A stretch of 64,000 nucleotides of DNA from Psilocybe cubensis (GCA_017499595.2 CM038999.1:992001-1056000), one strand, 5' to 3'. Positions 25,966-39,659 are shown, counted from the stretch's first letter. The notes: generated by a model not told the origin, from the letters alone. Numbers and translations: made by a program.

Positions 25966-26949
25966 ATGGAAGAGTGCATTGAACTACTGAACAAAAAAGT
26001 CCCTCTTGTCTTGCCGTACGACTTGGAACGGGACATTTTCGAGTTGGTTGCCTTGGCCTTTCCCGGACATGCTTTCAAGCTTTGCACGCTTTCGAAATAC
26101 GTGCAGGAATGGTATGTTGTCGTATGTTTCAAAGGGTTCTATAGTAATATTTGTTGTTGTCAGGATGGAGGCTATCATGTACGAGACTGTAGTCCTTGAC
26201 CTTCCCTTGACCACTGTGGACCTCTTCCTACGAACATTTTACTCCCGGCCCGCCAGCTTCTTTGCAAAAACCGTCAAACGGTTGTATATCACAAGCGCCA
26301 TCGACTTCCCTGAATCCCTGCGTATCATCTCTGCGTGTTCGGGGGCCATAACCATGTCCTGTTGGACGGACAGACTCGGCAGCAAGGACAACGTTATCGA
26401 ACGCCTGTCCACGCAACGTGTAGAACGTCTTTCTGTCAAACTTTATTCACTTTGGGGCAATACAACTATGCCGCGTCAATTTACGAAAGCATTATTCCCC
26501 AATCTAACACACCTTGAGATCGTAAATCCCCCTTCGCAGTCATGCCTCAGTTTTCAGGTGGATTGGGAAGGACTGAGAGAGCTACCAAAATTGACACACT
26601 TGGCTCTTGGTCATCTGTTCCAAACAGTCCATCTATACACCCTTCCTTTCCTCCAGACGGTTTTCGAAGATTGCCCCAATTTACGACTCTTGCTTTTACT
26701 GTCCAGTGACAAGCAGTTCATGGCAAGCCTCGAGGAAACGGGTATAACACGCGACCCGAGAGTTGTGCTTCGCGAGCAATTCAATTCTCCAAAGTCGCTT
26801 GTAGAATATTGGGATTGCGTAAGACACGGTGGACCAGATTTCTGGACCTCTGCAGAAGAACTGGTACGCTGCATTCATATCATGTTTTGTTTCGCGCTTA
26901 CCAGCAACGTGTTCGCGCCCAGGTTGCCGAAAGGACTTCAAAAAAGTGA
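25966..26949 (+). CDS. Agaricales F-box-like hypothetical protein (3 exons)
   Basis: LPYDLERDIFEL...LSKYVQEW|MEAIMYETV N-terminus; LRR-like FPNLTHLEI / LPKLTHLAL; DPRVV...WDCVRHGGPDFWTSAE C-terminus; TATATAAAG upstream. Confidence 0.7.
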
Positions 26950-27074
26950 CTTCTACTTTTTGATTTCGAAGAACATCAGCTGTCAATTCATTGATTGGCA
27001 TTTCAAGTCCGTGCCGAAAATAATAGAGTACCTTGGCGAATCCTTGTTATAAGTTATGGATTGATGCCGTTTAT

Positions 27075-27845
27075 TTATACGCGTTCCATTCGTTTCGTGA
27101 CTTCATCTCTCGCATGAGCCTCCCAATCGTCCCAACACAACGATAAAACAACACTATCTCTCCCTGGTCCTGCACCCCTCGTCCCATCTACAGGTCTTCC
27201 GCCTTCCTTGCCCTCCGGAAGGATCCACAACCACCGCGTGACACCCTCCTTTACGAATTGCATTTTCTCTGCAGCAGCAATACTTGCCTCATTCGCCGGA
27301 CTTGCACACCAAACTACGCGACGAAAGCCCTGCCCTCCTTGTGCGGGGAGATCCAAGAAAAAGCGCAAAAGCAGCCCGATAGCGTTTGCCGACACGAACG
27401 TCCTTTGAAACTCGGGAAAAACGATGACAGGGCCGATTTCTACCGAAAGATTTTGAGGCGACGCGTGCAGCCACCCGATGAGCCCTGCAATCCTGCCGTT
27501 GGTAACATGGTTATTGGGTCCTGATGCGGGGGTTCTGGTTTTGTCAATTATAGTGAACAATGCCGTGTCGTATTGTTGGCGGATAAAGGTTTCAATAAAG
27601 GTGAGGAAGGACTCTAGGGTGGGCCATGAAATTGGCAAGAACCGTTCAATTTGGGGGTTTGAGGATATAGTCTCATATACCGATTCTGCGTGGAGAGAAG
27701 GGATGAATGGTACAAGTTGGACACGGTCCGTCTCAAGAACCTTTGGAAGATCGATATTGCAGTTGATGGAATAGGGTTTATCCTTGTTAAGAGAAAGATC
27801 AAGCTTGGGTGGGGTTGGCGGTCTATAGTTGTTCACGAACGCCAT
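27075..27845 (-). CDS. GNAT acetyltransferase (RimJ/RimL-like), intronless
   Basis: SVEIGPVIVFPEFQRTFVSANAIGLLL, GFRRVVW...NEASIAAAEKMQFVKEGV, GRDSVVLSLCWDDW. Confidence 0.88.
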   Translation of the reverse strand: MAFVNNYRPPTPPKLDLSLNKDKPYSINCNIDLPKVLETDRVQLVPFIPSLHAESVYETISSNPQIERFLPISWPTLESFLTFIETFIRQQYDTALFTIIDKTRTPASGPNNHVTNGRIAGLIGWLHASPQNLSVEIGPVIVFPEFQRTFVSANAIGLLLRFFLDLPAQGGQGFRRVVWCASPANEASIAAAEKMQFVKEGVTRWLWILPEGKEGGRPVDGTRGAGPGRDSVVLSLCWDDWEAHARDEVTKRMERV

Positions 27846-28298
27846 TTTTGTGTACGGATTTGACGCAGTCGGCGACAGAAAGAGTAGGACATGGTTGTTT
27901 TTATATTATTTCGTTATTTCATAAATGACTCATCGAATTATATTGGGGACCAAAGGATCAAAGTTGTACGCAAACGTGGAAGCATTTCCATTTCAAAAAA
28001 GGATACAACGCCGAATATTGCAACCATCGAACATTGCATTGGAATTGAACCCCTGTTCCATCATTCTGTGCTGAGATGTTAATATTTCCCATTACTGCCT
28101 GTTATTTACAGCAGAAATAGTGATTAAATTTTTTAGTAAGATTATATACAGGGCAAAGAAGAAAAAGAAGGAATAATAGATAACCAATAAATGACGCCCA
28201 GAATTGCGAAAGAATATATAGGGGATACAAAGTTCCTTGGCGTCTGTAAACAACCTCACAGACAACATCCGTCATAATCTGCGGGTATGATGATTGAC

Positions 28299-31200
28299 TC
28301 AGAATTCATCGGCGCATCGGCATTCGCAATCTGCAACAGGGCAGATATCATGCGTTCTTTGACCATCTTCGCCCGTGAACCATTCCAAAATGTGTACAGC
28401 ATGTCCGCCGTGACGACAAGTCTGGCAGATAACGATAGCATCGTCGAAGGTATCTGTGTGGGTAAAGAAAGATTTCAGAGATGAATCGAAGTCGCAAATT
28501 GAAAATAAAGAAAATAGCTAACCACTGTGGTGGGTATATCCGAGGTCGATCTCGCGAGCTGCATCATGCACAATTGAAAGAGTCATCAAGCAAACCGAAC
28601 ATCTAGGAAGCTCGCGACTGCAATTCGAACACGCAGTAGGCTGTCGGAACAAAATAAAATTTGAATCAGCAAGTCACTTAACCCACAAAACAGGTGCGCT
28701 ATAAATAACTCACACGTCCTTTTAGTGACTGCACTAATCCCATGCCTGCACCTACCGCAGGTGTGCTAACCGGCTTATTGCAATAATGACACCTAATCAA
28801 GATTTGACGCGGGGCCCACTCTTCTGGTGGCATATCGCCATTCTGTATTGCATCGTGAAGAATCTGGCCTCTCTCGATGTCCAACCCAACTCTTAGATGG
28901 TGTAGCTTGAAGCCGTCTAACAGGTCTCGATACGCCTCGAGCCACTTCTCTGCTCTTTTATCCCTGAACCTTTGAGGACAAACGTATGAGCTTAGAATCG
29001 CTGCGCTTTGGACATCTCCTGTACGATCGAGGTAGGCCTGGAGAATGTTCATGCCCGTGGGTGTTAGTCCAGTGATAATGAGTGCGTCAATATCGCCGTG
29101 TAGTCGCGCATGTTCGATGGTACGTTTGAGATAAGAGGAAAGGGCCTTGTCATCGAGAAATTGAAACGCAATGGCTATACGTTCGCGAAATGGGATGACC
29201 TCCTCTTCAAGAACTTCTGTCCAGTCGCCTAAGGCGAGGTGGGTGAGCATGACGCGGAAATAGGGGTCGTGGAGTCGGATAATCAAGCGGCCATAGTGTT
29301 CGCGGAGTTCAAGGCCCCTCCCGCTCCCTGAAGATGTCAAGGGAGCAAGTGCTGCCACAGTACCGGACATCATTTGATGGGTCTCATCTATAAAGGCCAT
29401 TATAGACTGGTCAACAAATAGGCAAAAGTGAAAATTTAAAACATACCATCGCTTCGCATCAACAAATCCACAGCCTTGCTATATTGCCCACTAAACACCA
29501 GCCAACAAGCTGCCCTGGAAAGCTTCCCCTCTTTCTCCCATCTGTCATGTATAAAATTTATCAACAAGTTGCCCAGAAAAATAGCATATAACCAGCGCAC
29601 CGTTTGATAGCAAGATTCAGCTCCTCTTCTCTCAAACTCCACCCACACAGCTGCAGTGCTACTTGCCTTTGCACGAGCTTTGTTGTTGTTACAGGTGGCC
29701 TCCAACTGAGCTGGTCAACGCCCCTCCTCGCCGCAATGATGTTTAATGCCGTGCCCCAATTACCGTACCAGTCGTCCGCAGGCGAGCGGCTTCGTTGCGT
29801 GCTGCGTCCATGTGTATGGCTGCGATGTTGCTGCCGCGTGTATTCGGAGCTGCTTCCAGTACTGTTTGTATGGGTATGGTGGTGCCCTTGACCCTGTTGC
29901 TGCCCTGGCAAATCGAGGAGGAGGGAGCGTTGAACGTCTCGGTCATCACTAGGCTGAGGGATGTTGCTGCTACCTGTAGGTGGGATGCCCTCCCAAATTC
30001 CCAGCAGGCCATGATAAGAAAAATCGTACCCATGAAGTCGAGGGGTTGGGACACAAAGAACGTCTTGTGAATCTGGAACAGGTGCAACATCAGGGATAAA
30101 AGTGCATAAAGCGCGTAGGACGACGTACGATATATCCAAGCCCATAACTCTGATAGATGTTGGGTGGTGCCATCGGAAGGTTCATGGTCGTCCTGAGTAA
30201 CAGAAATGTTATGATGTGGCTGAAAAGCATATGATTAGGTTCAATGAATAGATGAAGCCATTCCCAATGCAAACAACGCACCTGGCTAAGCCCGTACCCA
30301 GCCTTCGCCCTGCGTCTCATAATCATCGAAATATCATCCTGAACAACATGAATAATCCCCTGTTTACGTGCCTCCTTTTCTCTAGCTTTATTCGCCCGCA
30401 TGTTGGTCGGCCGCTCTCTCGATATCCGCACACTATGCAGCCCCATGCTCTCCTGCTCTTTCCGCGAGCTCTGGGCCATCTCATCGGTTTGTCTACCGGC
30501 GCCGCTTCCGCGAGTTCCGATGCCATTTCCCCCCGTCTCATCGTCTATCAGCACCGTATCTCCTCGAGAAAGACTTCGCTTCGCCAACGCTCGTGGCTCG
30601 CCACGCTCTCCACTCCGATACTTCCTGATTGACGCAGGACTATATGTGCGGGTTTTGCCTGGGCGACTGGCTGCTAGACCCGTCGGGCCAGTGTGTGCTG
30701 ACACAGTATGGCCGCTACTGGGGTTGGTGGTCGCCATAAAACTGGTAATGCCACCCATGACAGGAGCTGCAGTGCTCGCAAAAGTCGTTGAAGAGGAACT
30801 AGTGGTGGTCTCCGTGCTCACACCATTACCTGTTCCCGTACTTGAGTTTGACCCGACTCCAGCAAGGGATGGGGATGGAGTTAGAGCAGGGAATCCTTCT
30901 TCGTCGCCACGCCCAAATAAAGCTGGAGGGCCGCCTGAAGCATTACTTCCTGTGTGAATAGGTGCAGCCGATGCTGAAAGCGTAGGATGTGCGCCAACGC
31001 GAGACCCTTCGTGATTCACGGACCGTCCTCTCACTCTTGAACCATCTCTTGACGGATGCGACCTCGACCTTGACATCTTCCCTTTCCCCCTTTCCCTTGT
31101 CCGATCTCTCCCCACATCTCCGGTCCTATATCCAAATTCATTTATCCCTCCCGAATCTGTATTTCCTTGTGTAGCCTCAACATTGTTTATCTCTTCCTCT

Positions 31201-32745
31201 TTGTATCCTTCTATTACCCTCATTCCAACTCCTGCGCCGATTGCTAAATCTCCTCGTGCGCTCCAAGCAACTTGCTTGGTTGTGTCGTGAATTGCATAGA
31301 GTTCAAGGTCGCCATCTTTGTTGACGACCATCACGTTCGATGCAAGAGGGTAATGTGTCTCTCCCGAATTGGCTAGGGCGCGAGACATTGGTACAAGTGC
31401 GAATGATGAAAGAGGGCGAGGGAATGATTTTGCTTTGGATAGGAAGGTTAGTCACGCGCAATTGTGAAAAAAATCGGATATCTTACTTCGTCGAGTATCA
31501 GCGAGGACGTGCATTAACTGGCCAGGTCCAGATTGACGAGAACGATCTCTTTCCTTGAGCGATGATTGAGATTGCGTGGAGCGTTCTGATCCCCAGGCCA
31601 GATTGGCTGCCCAACTCCTCCTCGTTGCGCGACTAGAATCTCTCGAGGTCCGTGTTTCCCCATCGGACGACCCGCCAGCACCACTCGCACCGGCGCCTCC
31701 ATCTAAGGCTTGCACTCTTGACTCTCTCAAATCCCAGAACCGCACATAATCGGCGTCGCGCTCCAGAGTAGCCAGACACTCCCTGCGTGTGTTGGAAAAC
31801 TCGATGTTGGCGTATGCGATTCCATTCCCTGTCCTCACTCTCGCGCCATCTGCAAAAGCGTCTTTCTCTGAGAATGTGAGTAAAGGTTGTGCTAGCCGCC
31901 GTGCATCCCATACGGTGATTGCAGTGTCGCTGAAGCATGCTAGCCGATGCTGGTCGAAAGGGTCTGTCGCGATGCCGTGAACCTTTGAAGCGACGTTGAC
32001 GACTGTGGCTGCTGGAGAGCGGAGGTCAAATAGACGGAGCCAGCGAAGCGATATACCGGCGAGAAGTAGATTGGAGGAATCGGGTAAAAAAGAAAGTGAG
32101 GAGACAATTTCAGTCGGTGCGTATTGCTGGATTATACGTGGATCTATCCGAGCTTGACTTTCCAGCCGTGGAAGTAAAGGCAGAGGCCGGGAGGGAAGTG
32201 GGGACATAGTGTTAAGAACTGATGACACCTCTCCTGATTGATTATGAACGGGCAAGGTTAAGGACAACGCAGAGGTGCTGATGTCCCATAAAATTAGACT
32301 GGCATCTCCGCGCACTTTATCGAGTCCAACAGCGAGATAGTTCGGGTCCACTGGATTAAACGCTAGAGCATTGCACGTCCGGGAGTTTCGTACTGGTAAT
32401 GTTACTGAAGGACCACTGGATAGTACATTTTTGCGCTGTGCTTGCTTTCCCGCTTCTAAACGGATAAGGTCAACCTTTCCGGTACTCAACCCAACTGCTA
32501 TCAGGTCATCAAAGGATGGGTCTGGAGACCATGCAAAACACTATAACACTTGTAAAATTAGCAAATCTTTGGGGAAAAAAAAGCGAGCAAACCTTCATAA
32601 AATGCAAATCATGTTGCGACGTAACATGCCTTATTTCCGGGTACTCTGCTGCCCATTCATACAGTGTAATCTGTGAATTCCCTCCCACTACGAACTTATC
32701 GTCATATCTGGGGTGCCAGAGAAGGCGCTTGTCTGGCTGAACCAT
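28299..32745 (-). CDS. MIOS: GATOR2/SEA complex subunit MIOS/Sea4 (WD40 + C-terminal zinc ribbon/RING), multi-exon
   Basis: N-terminal WD40 (RTCNALAFNPVDPNYLAVGLDKVRGDASLILWD), PYFRVML, IITGLTPTGMNILQAYLDRTGDVQSAA, WLEAYRDLL, C-terminal CQTCRHGGHAVHILEWF...CPVADCECRC. Confidence 0.92.
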
Positions 32746-34593
32746 TCTTGATCGCCAACGCTTGGCCTGCTGCCGCTACGGTGCCGGTGCAAAACCCGTC
32801 GGTGTTTGAAGAAATCCTGAGGAGGTTATTGCTCTACAACCTATCAAAATAATTTCAGAACATGTGCATTATCTCCGTTCAACGCGACGTCGGCTTGAAG
32901 TGGGCAAGAGGTGGGCAAGAGGTGGTATCAACGATGTGGTCGGTCTCCAAACCGAGCACAGACTGGAGCTCGCGTGACCGCGTGCATCGGCCCGAGATGC
33001 TGGTGACAATGTCACATTAATTCTCCCGCGATCTTTGCCAGTGAGTCGTAGACTGGTCCCAAACTGGCCAGACTTCAGTCGCTCGTCTGCGCACTGAACT
33101 GTGCCTTCATCGATTGAGTCGATGTTACATTCTTTTCTATATGGCGCTAGACCTTCTATATATCACCCACGTGTATATCTGGTTGAACACGGAACTTGTC
33201 AGACGATACTGGCAGATCCTTATATTCGAGCCGATTTGGGAACGCTGTTGGACCGCTATGTAACTGGGATCTATGTCTTTAGGGAAATGATGAAGTCCGA
33301 ATGAACAGGAACAGGAGTAAGAGTTTTATTATATCGTATTGCTTTGGATACTGATCACCCGCAAATTTTCCTGGATTGAATTTCAACATAATTGGTGATT
33401 CCAAAATGGTTCTTCTCCTTCATTATAACCTTCTATTGCTTGTGTGCTCAGTTCCCTAAAATGGGATTCTCCATATCTCCACCTTCATCATTGTGGGGTA
33501 AGGTATAAATATTCGAGGGCGACTTTGATCCAATGTTAAACAAGAAATGGGACTTAGAGCGCCTTGAGGACTGGCCTATACATCGCTTCTTTGTTTTCGC
33601 GTTGTTTTCCCTCGCGGCCACACGGGGCTGCCTTCGCAAATGCATTCACTGCTTTTTATACCCTTCCTAATTCATCTGTGTTCTTCCTGCGACTGGCCTG
33701 TCATTGATTCTGCCAAGGCTACTCACCTTTTGGATGTACTCCTATCTCTGTTCAAATTCTGGAAGAAGCAGCCTTGTCGGCTTCTCTGTTTCGCAATACA
33801 CACAAATTATCAAAGTAAGCGCATAGACTCGCTGAGCAGAAAGGTTTTCCACCAATTGGTGCCTTCTTGTCCTGCTGATGAATCAAACCGATATCTCAGG
33901 CCATTTCTCTGCCACTAGGAAAAATGGCCCCAAATACCGGAAATCCTATCGCTTGGGTCTGAATTTAGACCAACGATACGTCAATAGTTTTCTGATTGCC
34001 ATTTTCCCCATATCTCAATTGTATGTGGAAACATGAGGACCGACTAGCCGACTTTACGAGATGGAATGGACTTCATAGTAATCAATCATCGCGGACCGTC
34101 ACAACGGTCCGCTTAGAGGGAATTATACCTCCTCGTCGTGGACTACTCTTCAAAATATGCAAAGTTTGTTTATTCCCCAAAAATCAGTACAGTCTCATTA
34201 ATGTTTGTCTTGCTTTTAACTTCTCACCAGACCATGGTCACGCGGCGAACTATGAAGCCGCCAACGCATATCTTTAGCTTTTTGAGTGGCACCCCGAAGC
34301 AAATATACATCTATGAAGCACACTGTCCTCATCCGAAAATACTGCTCCAGTCGAACACGGGTTCCCCAATTTATGCCAATGAAGCTATGTTCTATGTTTG
34401 GTCCCCTCAAGAACCGATTTCTGACAGAACAACTGAGTTCCGTAGTCGTTGCCAATAAGAGATCTCCCACTAATGATAACTCGAATGATTTATATATCTG
34501 GAGCAGCCGTGAAACATTGCTCCAAGCTGAACTCCCGAGGATCTCTTACCCCCCTCTTCAACTACCGCAAATCATTTACACAGAAACGTAACA

Positions 34594-37500
34594 ATGGGAG
34601 TTGCACCTGGACCCACCTCCACGAAAGGTCCTGCTGTGGGCAGCTCGGATTACCACCAACTAGTTAAGCGAGACCGACCATGGTACAAGAACTCGAGTAA
34701 GACTTCAATTTCATACTTAGAAAGGTTTGATCCAAATGATAACGTTGTCTAAGGACTCGTCGTGTTGAATGGATTGATTTGCCTTCTGTAAGCCCCGTTC
34801 TGGAATACACTCAGAAAGTAATTATTCAACTCATTTCTCGCAGGTTGATTACCTCGTCGACGAGTGGATATGATGGTTAGTTTATCTACAAGATTTAAGT
34901 GAATGAGAATTGAAGTGCACCGAATCGATCAGGTAGTATGATTAGTATGTATATCTCGGACTGATTTCTACTTGGAATCTTGATGATTTTCCTCTTGAAT
35001 AGACGGTCTACAGAGCGTGACCGAGTGGGAGAAATTTTTCAATTTCCCTGCAGGTGGGAAGGTGCGTCCAACAACAATATCCTAATATTACCCACCGTAC
35101 TGATTCTTATTCATATCATCTATAGCTGGGCCTTTTCAACGCCATTCAGGTTTGGCTATATTCTCTTCTGTCGAACGCATTATTTATTCTCACCTCAGAA
35201 TATCGGATCTCTCTGTGCCTATCCTTTTGCTCCATACATCGCCGATGGTTTGGGCCGTAGATCGACTATCTGGATGGGCGCAGCGATCATGGTTATTGCA
35301 ACCGTTATACAGACCGCATCGCAGAACTTTGGAATGTTCATTGGAGCACGGTGCGAATCATTTGCGGGGCCCCGTTCAGCAATTATTCATACTAACTGAG
35401 AGTTTCCAATCCATAGATTTTTGATTGGATTTGGGCTTACCTTTGGTGCATCGTCCGCCCCGCTTTTGATTACGGAGATTGCGTATCCTACTCAGCGGGC
35501 ACAGTTGACATCAGTGTATAACAGTCTTTGGTATGAGCCGCATCAGTCCCATCAGAGCATCACTGAATCATCATTCAACCTTCAAGGCATCTTGGAAGCA
35601 TCATGTACGTCCATCTAAGCAAACCCTCCACATAATCAATAGTAACCTCATTCTCCATTGCATAGCGCTGCATGGACTGTAAGCGTGACAAGAGGTTTTT
35701 ATCAGGACTATCACTGACGCCGTACCGTAATAGACCTTTGGTACATTCCGTATCTCATCGAATTGGTCATGGAGAATTCCATCGGCTCTTCAAGGACTTC
35801 CTTCCGTTATCCAGTTCTTCCTCCTGTGGCTAGTGCCCGAATCTCCTCGATGGCTAGTTGGTAGAGGAAGGTATGACAGATGTCAATTGTGTTGTTTTCA
35901 AGGTCCGGCGCTTAATCTTCCATAACTTGATTAGGGAATCTGAGGCGCTAGAGACACTTGCGTACTATCATGCCGACGGCGACAGGTAAACCAATGCATC
36001 GGCATTTGATAATTTCATTTAATCATCAAAACATCTAGAAATGATCCACTAGTGCAATGGGAATTCGAAGAAATTAAGGCTGCCCTGGCATTTGATCGCG
36101 AGGTCGCAGCAAACGTCGGCTGGTTATCACTATTTTCAACCCCAGGAAACCGTCGTCGCATGCGCATTATTGTTGCACTTGCCTTCTTCTCGCAATGGTC
36201 TGGGAATGGATTAGGGTTCGCCTTGTTTTATGATATCTGATCATTGTGCCTCGTCTGAAAACCGCCATTTTGCTTCTAGGTCATACTGTAAGCATATAAA
36301 CGGTGGAAAGTGAATGATGTTGGCTGACACCGGAATCAGACCTTAACAAAGTTCTGACGGCCATCGGAAGTGAGTGAAGGTCATAATATATGACGACACA
36401 GGTACTGACCTGGTGCACCAGTTACTGACCCGAACACCCAATTGCTAATTGTTCGTGTTTACTCTGCATCTTTCATGACATTACTGATGATGAGCGCACA
36501 TAGAACGGAATGTTGAGTATTTTCAGTTGTATTGTGGCCGTTTCTTCGGGATTCCTGTGTGAACGAGTTGGAAGGAGGCCGCTATTCTTGTCCTCTTGCT
36601 TGGGTATGTCACATTTTGTTGCTCCACAGTGAATCCACTGATCGCTATATTTTTGTAGGTTTACTATTAACATGGACTTTGGAGACTATATGCTTCGCGG
36701 TATATTCTGAGACTGGGGACAAGGCTGCAGGAAACGCTGTCGTGGCTATGATGTGTACGTACTTGCGTTGAACATTCAGACCATGCTTCTTACCTAAATT
36801 GTTGAACAGTCTTATTCTCTTTTGCATGTAAGGTCGTTTTTATCTTCGATTACGGATGACTAATATAATACTGCTTTATGATGTGACTACAGACAACGTA
36901 TGTTTTCTGAACATATTTCAAAACTCTTATTATCTGTGCTAACATGTTCTGCTCAGCTTGCCTTCTCACCATTGATTGTTTCGTGGGTCTTTGGTCTTTT
37001 TTAACTTGTCCAACTGACTGACTAGCCATTCAAGCTATACGGTGGAGATTCTTCCATACGCCATACGTGCCAAGGGGTTCACAGTATTCAACTTTGCAAT
37101 TTCTTTGTCGCTGATCTTCAATCAGTAAGCATGCTTGACACCATTGGAAAGACGACGGCCGAGTTCTGATTCCAAATATCTAGATACGTCAATCCTATTG
37201 CATTTAAAGCGTAAGACCATTCCAAAACTCTCTTAGACGCACGCTCACTTTCTTATCTTAGATTGGGATGGAAATATTTCGTCCGTTTTTCCATTTTCTT
37301 TTAAAAGATAAATATTGAAAGTACATGCAGCTTGTCTACGTATTTTGGATCGCTTTTGAGACAGCCTTCTGCTACTTTTTCGTCGTGGAAACCAAGAACG
37401 TGAGCACACTTTTTCTAAAACGCAGAATAAAACTTGAAACGTCAAATTCACGCTTAGCGGAGTCTGGAAGAGACTGCTGCGTAAGTTTACATATCCTGCG

Positions 37501-37682
37501 TGGCCATTCAAACTGTCTGACCTCATACCTTGTGATACAGGTTGTTCGATGGAACTGAGGCAGTATTGATGGTAACAGAAAAGGCTGCAGAGAATGCTGG
37601 CCTCAAGAAGCGGTTGGCAAATGAAGAGAGCAAGAAAGAAAGTAGTGAGAAAATCGAACAAGCAATGATTGAGCAGATCTAA
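34594..37682 (+). CDS. MFS sugar porter (lactose/cellodextrin permease-like), about 27 exons
   Basis: Reconstructed GYDGSMINGLQ, DGLGRR, TEIAYPTQRA, WSWRIPSALQ, PESPRWL, FFSQWSGNG, YTVEILPYAIRAKG, NQYVNPIA, VETKNRSLEET. Confidence 0.9.
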
Positions 37683-38012
37683 TCGCACATTAAACATGAA
37701 ATAGTCGCATTAGCTCTTTGTTCCACGATAACAGCGTCTCTATGTATAAATTTTAAACTCCTTTGTACTATTTTTTCTTACGGAATTGGGCACGTAACTA
37801 AGCCACAGGCATGGATTTATAATCAGTATATAAAATACAACATTCAACGAGTAAGTAATTACTATTACTTCTTGATCCCTTAAACTACACATAACGAGAG
37901 GAAGACGAAGACGAATTTTGGACAAAATACAGCAGATGATGACCCGAAGCAAGACCAAGTATATGCCAACAAACATAGGAGCAAAGACAAAAAAAATAAT
38001 ATAAAGCTGCTT

Positions 38013-39659
38013 TCAAAAGCTAGAATTTCTCCCCCTCCTTCTGGGATTCAAAACGGACTCATAAACCGCCCTCGTTTCATCATCTGGAATCATAAACGCA
38101 ACATTTTCGAACGACCGCGAGAATCGCGCTCCCTGACTCACCAAAAGCTCCCTCCACACCCTTGCCACCTTTCGGACATCATTTTTAAACACACCCGTGC
38201 CGAAACTACCTAGCACAAGGTTCCGCGCGCCCTGCCGCTCAAAAAGTGCCAACACACGCGCCATGCGCTCGCGCATCACCTCTTCAATGTTCGCCTCCAG
38301 CTGCGCCGGCGGGATATGCCTGAACCGACTCGCACGACGGACATGCGCAGCATTCACCGCGGGGCTCGTAAGCACGTCCACCTGGTGCGGCTTCACCCAC
38401 CCACCATTATCGTCCCTGAATATGTGCACATTCGGCGAGTATATCATGGCATGTGAATAGAACCCGCCCCCGCTGTCCTTCGCATGCGCCGCGTAGAACG
38501 GGCGCGCGGCGGGTGTGGTGAGCGAGACGTACAGTGTTGACGAGCGCGCGATCGACTCTTCCTGCGCCCGCGCACCCTCAAGGAAGCCACCCCCTGGCTG
38601 AGTCGCCGAAGCGAAGTTGAGCACGCCAATACGCGCGACGCCCTCCCCGTCCCCGTTTGTATTTGTATTCACATTCGTAGTCGTCCCTGTGCCCGTCGCC
38701 GTCCCCATCGGCTCTGAGGACGAGGTTGCTAGCAGCGATGGCCCGGAGTAGAAGTACTGGACGCCCTGCAGCGTCGACATGCCTAGTACAAGGATATTGG
38801 CAGGGTTCCTGTTTGGCGCGTACCAGCTGTGCCGCGGTGGGTACTGCCAGTCTATGAGTTCGGGGGAGTCAGGAGTATACAACCGCGTGCGCCGCATTGT
38901 CTTTGAAACGTCGACAATCCCGTTGTTGATCGCCTCGACAGTGGTGTGTGCGATCTTTTGGAGATATAAGCGTCGGGCGCGCCGGTCAACGTCCTGCTGG
39001 TGAGGAACATCTGTGAGGTCGTCTCCGTCATCATCCAGGTCATCTTGATAGTGATTTTGGGGAGGCGGGCGGGTGGTATGTCCGTTGATTGGAACAGAGT
39101 GCGTGTTCAGAGTGTTGCTAGGTGCAGGCCGAGAGTGTGTTGTGTGAGGGTTAGGAGTAGGGTAAGGGTTATGAGGGTAAGGGTTGTTGGGGTTCGGATA
39201 CGTCGGATGGGGGTGTACTATCTGCGGATGTTGAGGCTGTGGATGTGCTGGGTGGGGCGTAGCTGGGCGTCCATTTGTTGGACGCGCAGTGGTATTTGGA
39301 GGGTTAGGTACACGAGGAGGCGCCGACTGCGGGTTCGGGGGCCGAGGAATGGGTAGTGGAGGAGGAATGGGGGCTCTGGGAGGTGCTGACTGTGGATTCG
39401 GTGGGCGGGGAACTGCCGCCTGTGGATTTTGAACGCGATTTGGAAGGTTTTGTTGTGGGTTTGCACCCCTGGGTGGAACAACTGACTGTGGATTTGGTCC
39501 CCGTGGTGGAAGTGCAGTCTGTGGATTCGGTCCTCGAGTTGGGAGCGCAGGTTGTGGATTTTGACCCCGAGACGGCAGCGCAGACTGTGGATTCGCAGAG
39601 CGAGGCTGAGGGTATGTCTGGTAAGGGTTGGGTCTATGGCCCCCTGGTGGTCGTTCCAT
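38013..39659 (-). CDS. Microbial-type PARG / TIGR02452 (DUF2263) macrodomain protein A, intronless, Pro-rich N-terminus
   Basis: GVLNFASATQPGGGFLEGARAQEESIARSSTLY (PARG signature GGG-x-QEE), MIYSPNV, VDVLTSPAVNA, LVLGSFGTGVFKN. First ATG taken as MERPPGG. Confidence 0.88.
   Translation of the reverse strand: MERPPGGHRPNPYQTYPQPRSANPQSALPSRGQNPQPALPTRGPNPQTALPPRGPNPQSVVPPRGANPQQNLPNRVQNPQAAVPRPPNPQSAPPRAPIPPPLPIPRPPNPQSAPPRVPNPPNTTARPTNGRPATPHPAHPQPQHPQIVHPHPTYPNPNNPYPHNPYPTPNPHTTHSRPAPSNTLNTHSVPINGHTTRPPPQNHYQDDLDDDGDDLTDVPHQQDVDRRARRLYLQKIAHTTVEAINNGIVDVSKTMRRTRLYTPDSPELIDWQYPPRHSWYAPNRNPANILVLGMSTLQGVQYFYSGPSLLATSSSEPMGTATGTGTTTNVNTNTNGDGEGVARIGVLNFASATQPGGGFLEGARAQEESIARSSTLYVSLTTPAARPFYAAHAKDSGGGFYSHAMIYSPNVHIFRDDNGGWVKPHQVDVLTSPAVNAAHVRRASRFRHIPPAQLEANIEEVMRERMARVLALFERQGARNLVLGSFGTGVFKNDVRKVARVWRELLVSQGARFSRSFENVAFMIPDDETRAVYESVLNPRRRGRNSSF
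39260..39610 (-). repeat. Coding degenerate ~33-nt (11-aa) tandem repeat NPQxALPxRGx
   Basis: NPQSALPSRGQ NPQPALPTRGP NPQTALPPRGP NPQSVVPPRGA NPQQNLPNRVQ NPQAAVPRPP NPQSAPPR... Confidence 0.85.

Noticed and set aside
27075-27845. Intronless GNAT as a recent horizontal transfer
   Set aside because: Lack of introns alone is insufficient and composition matches neighbours; needs phylogeny.
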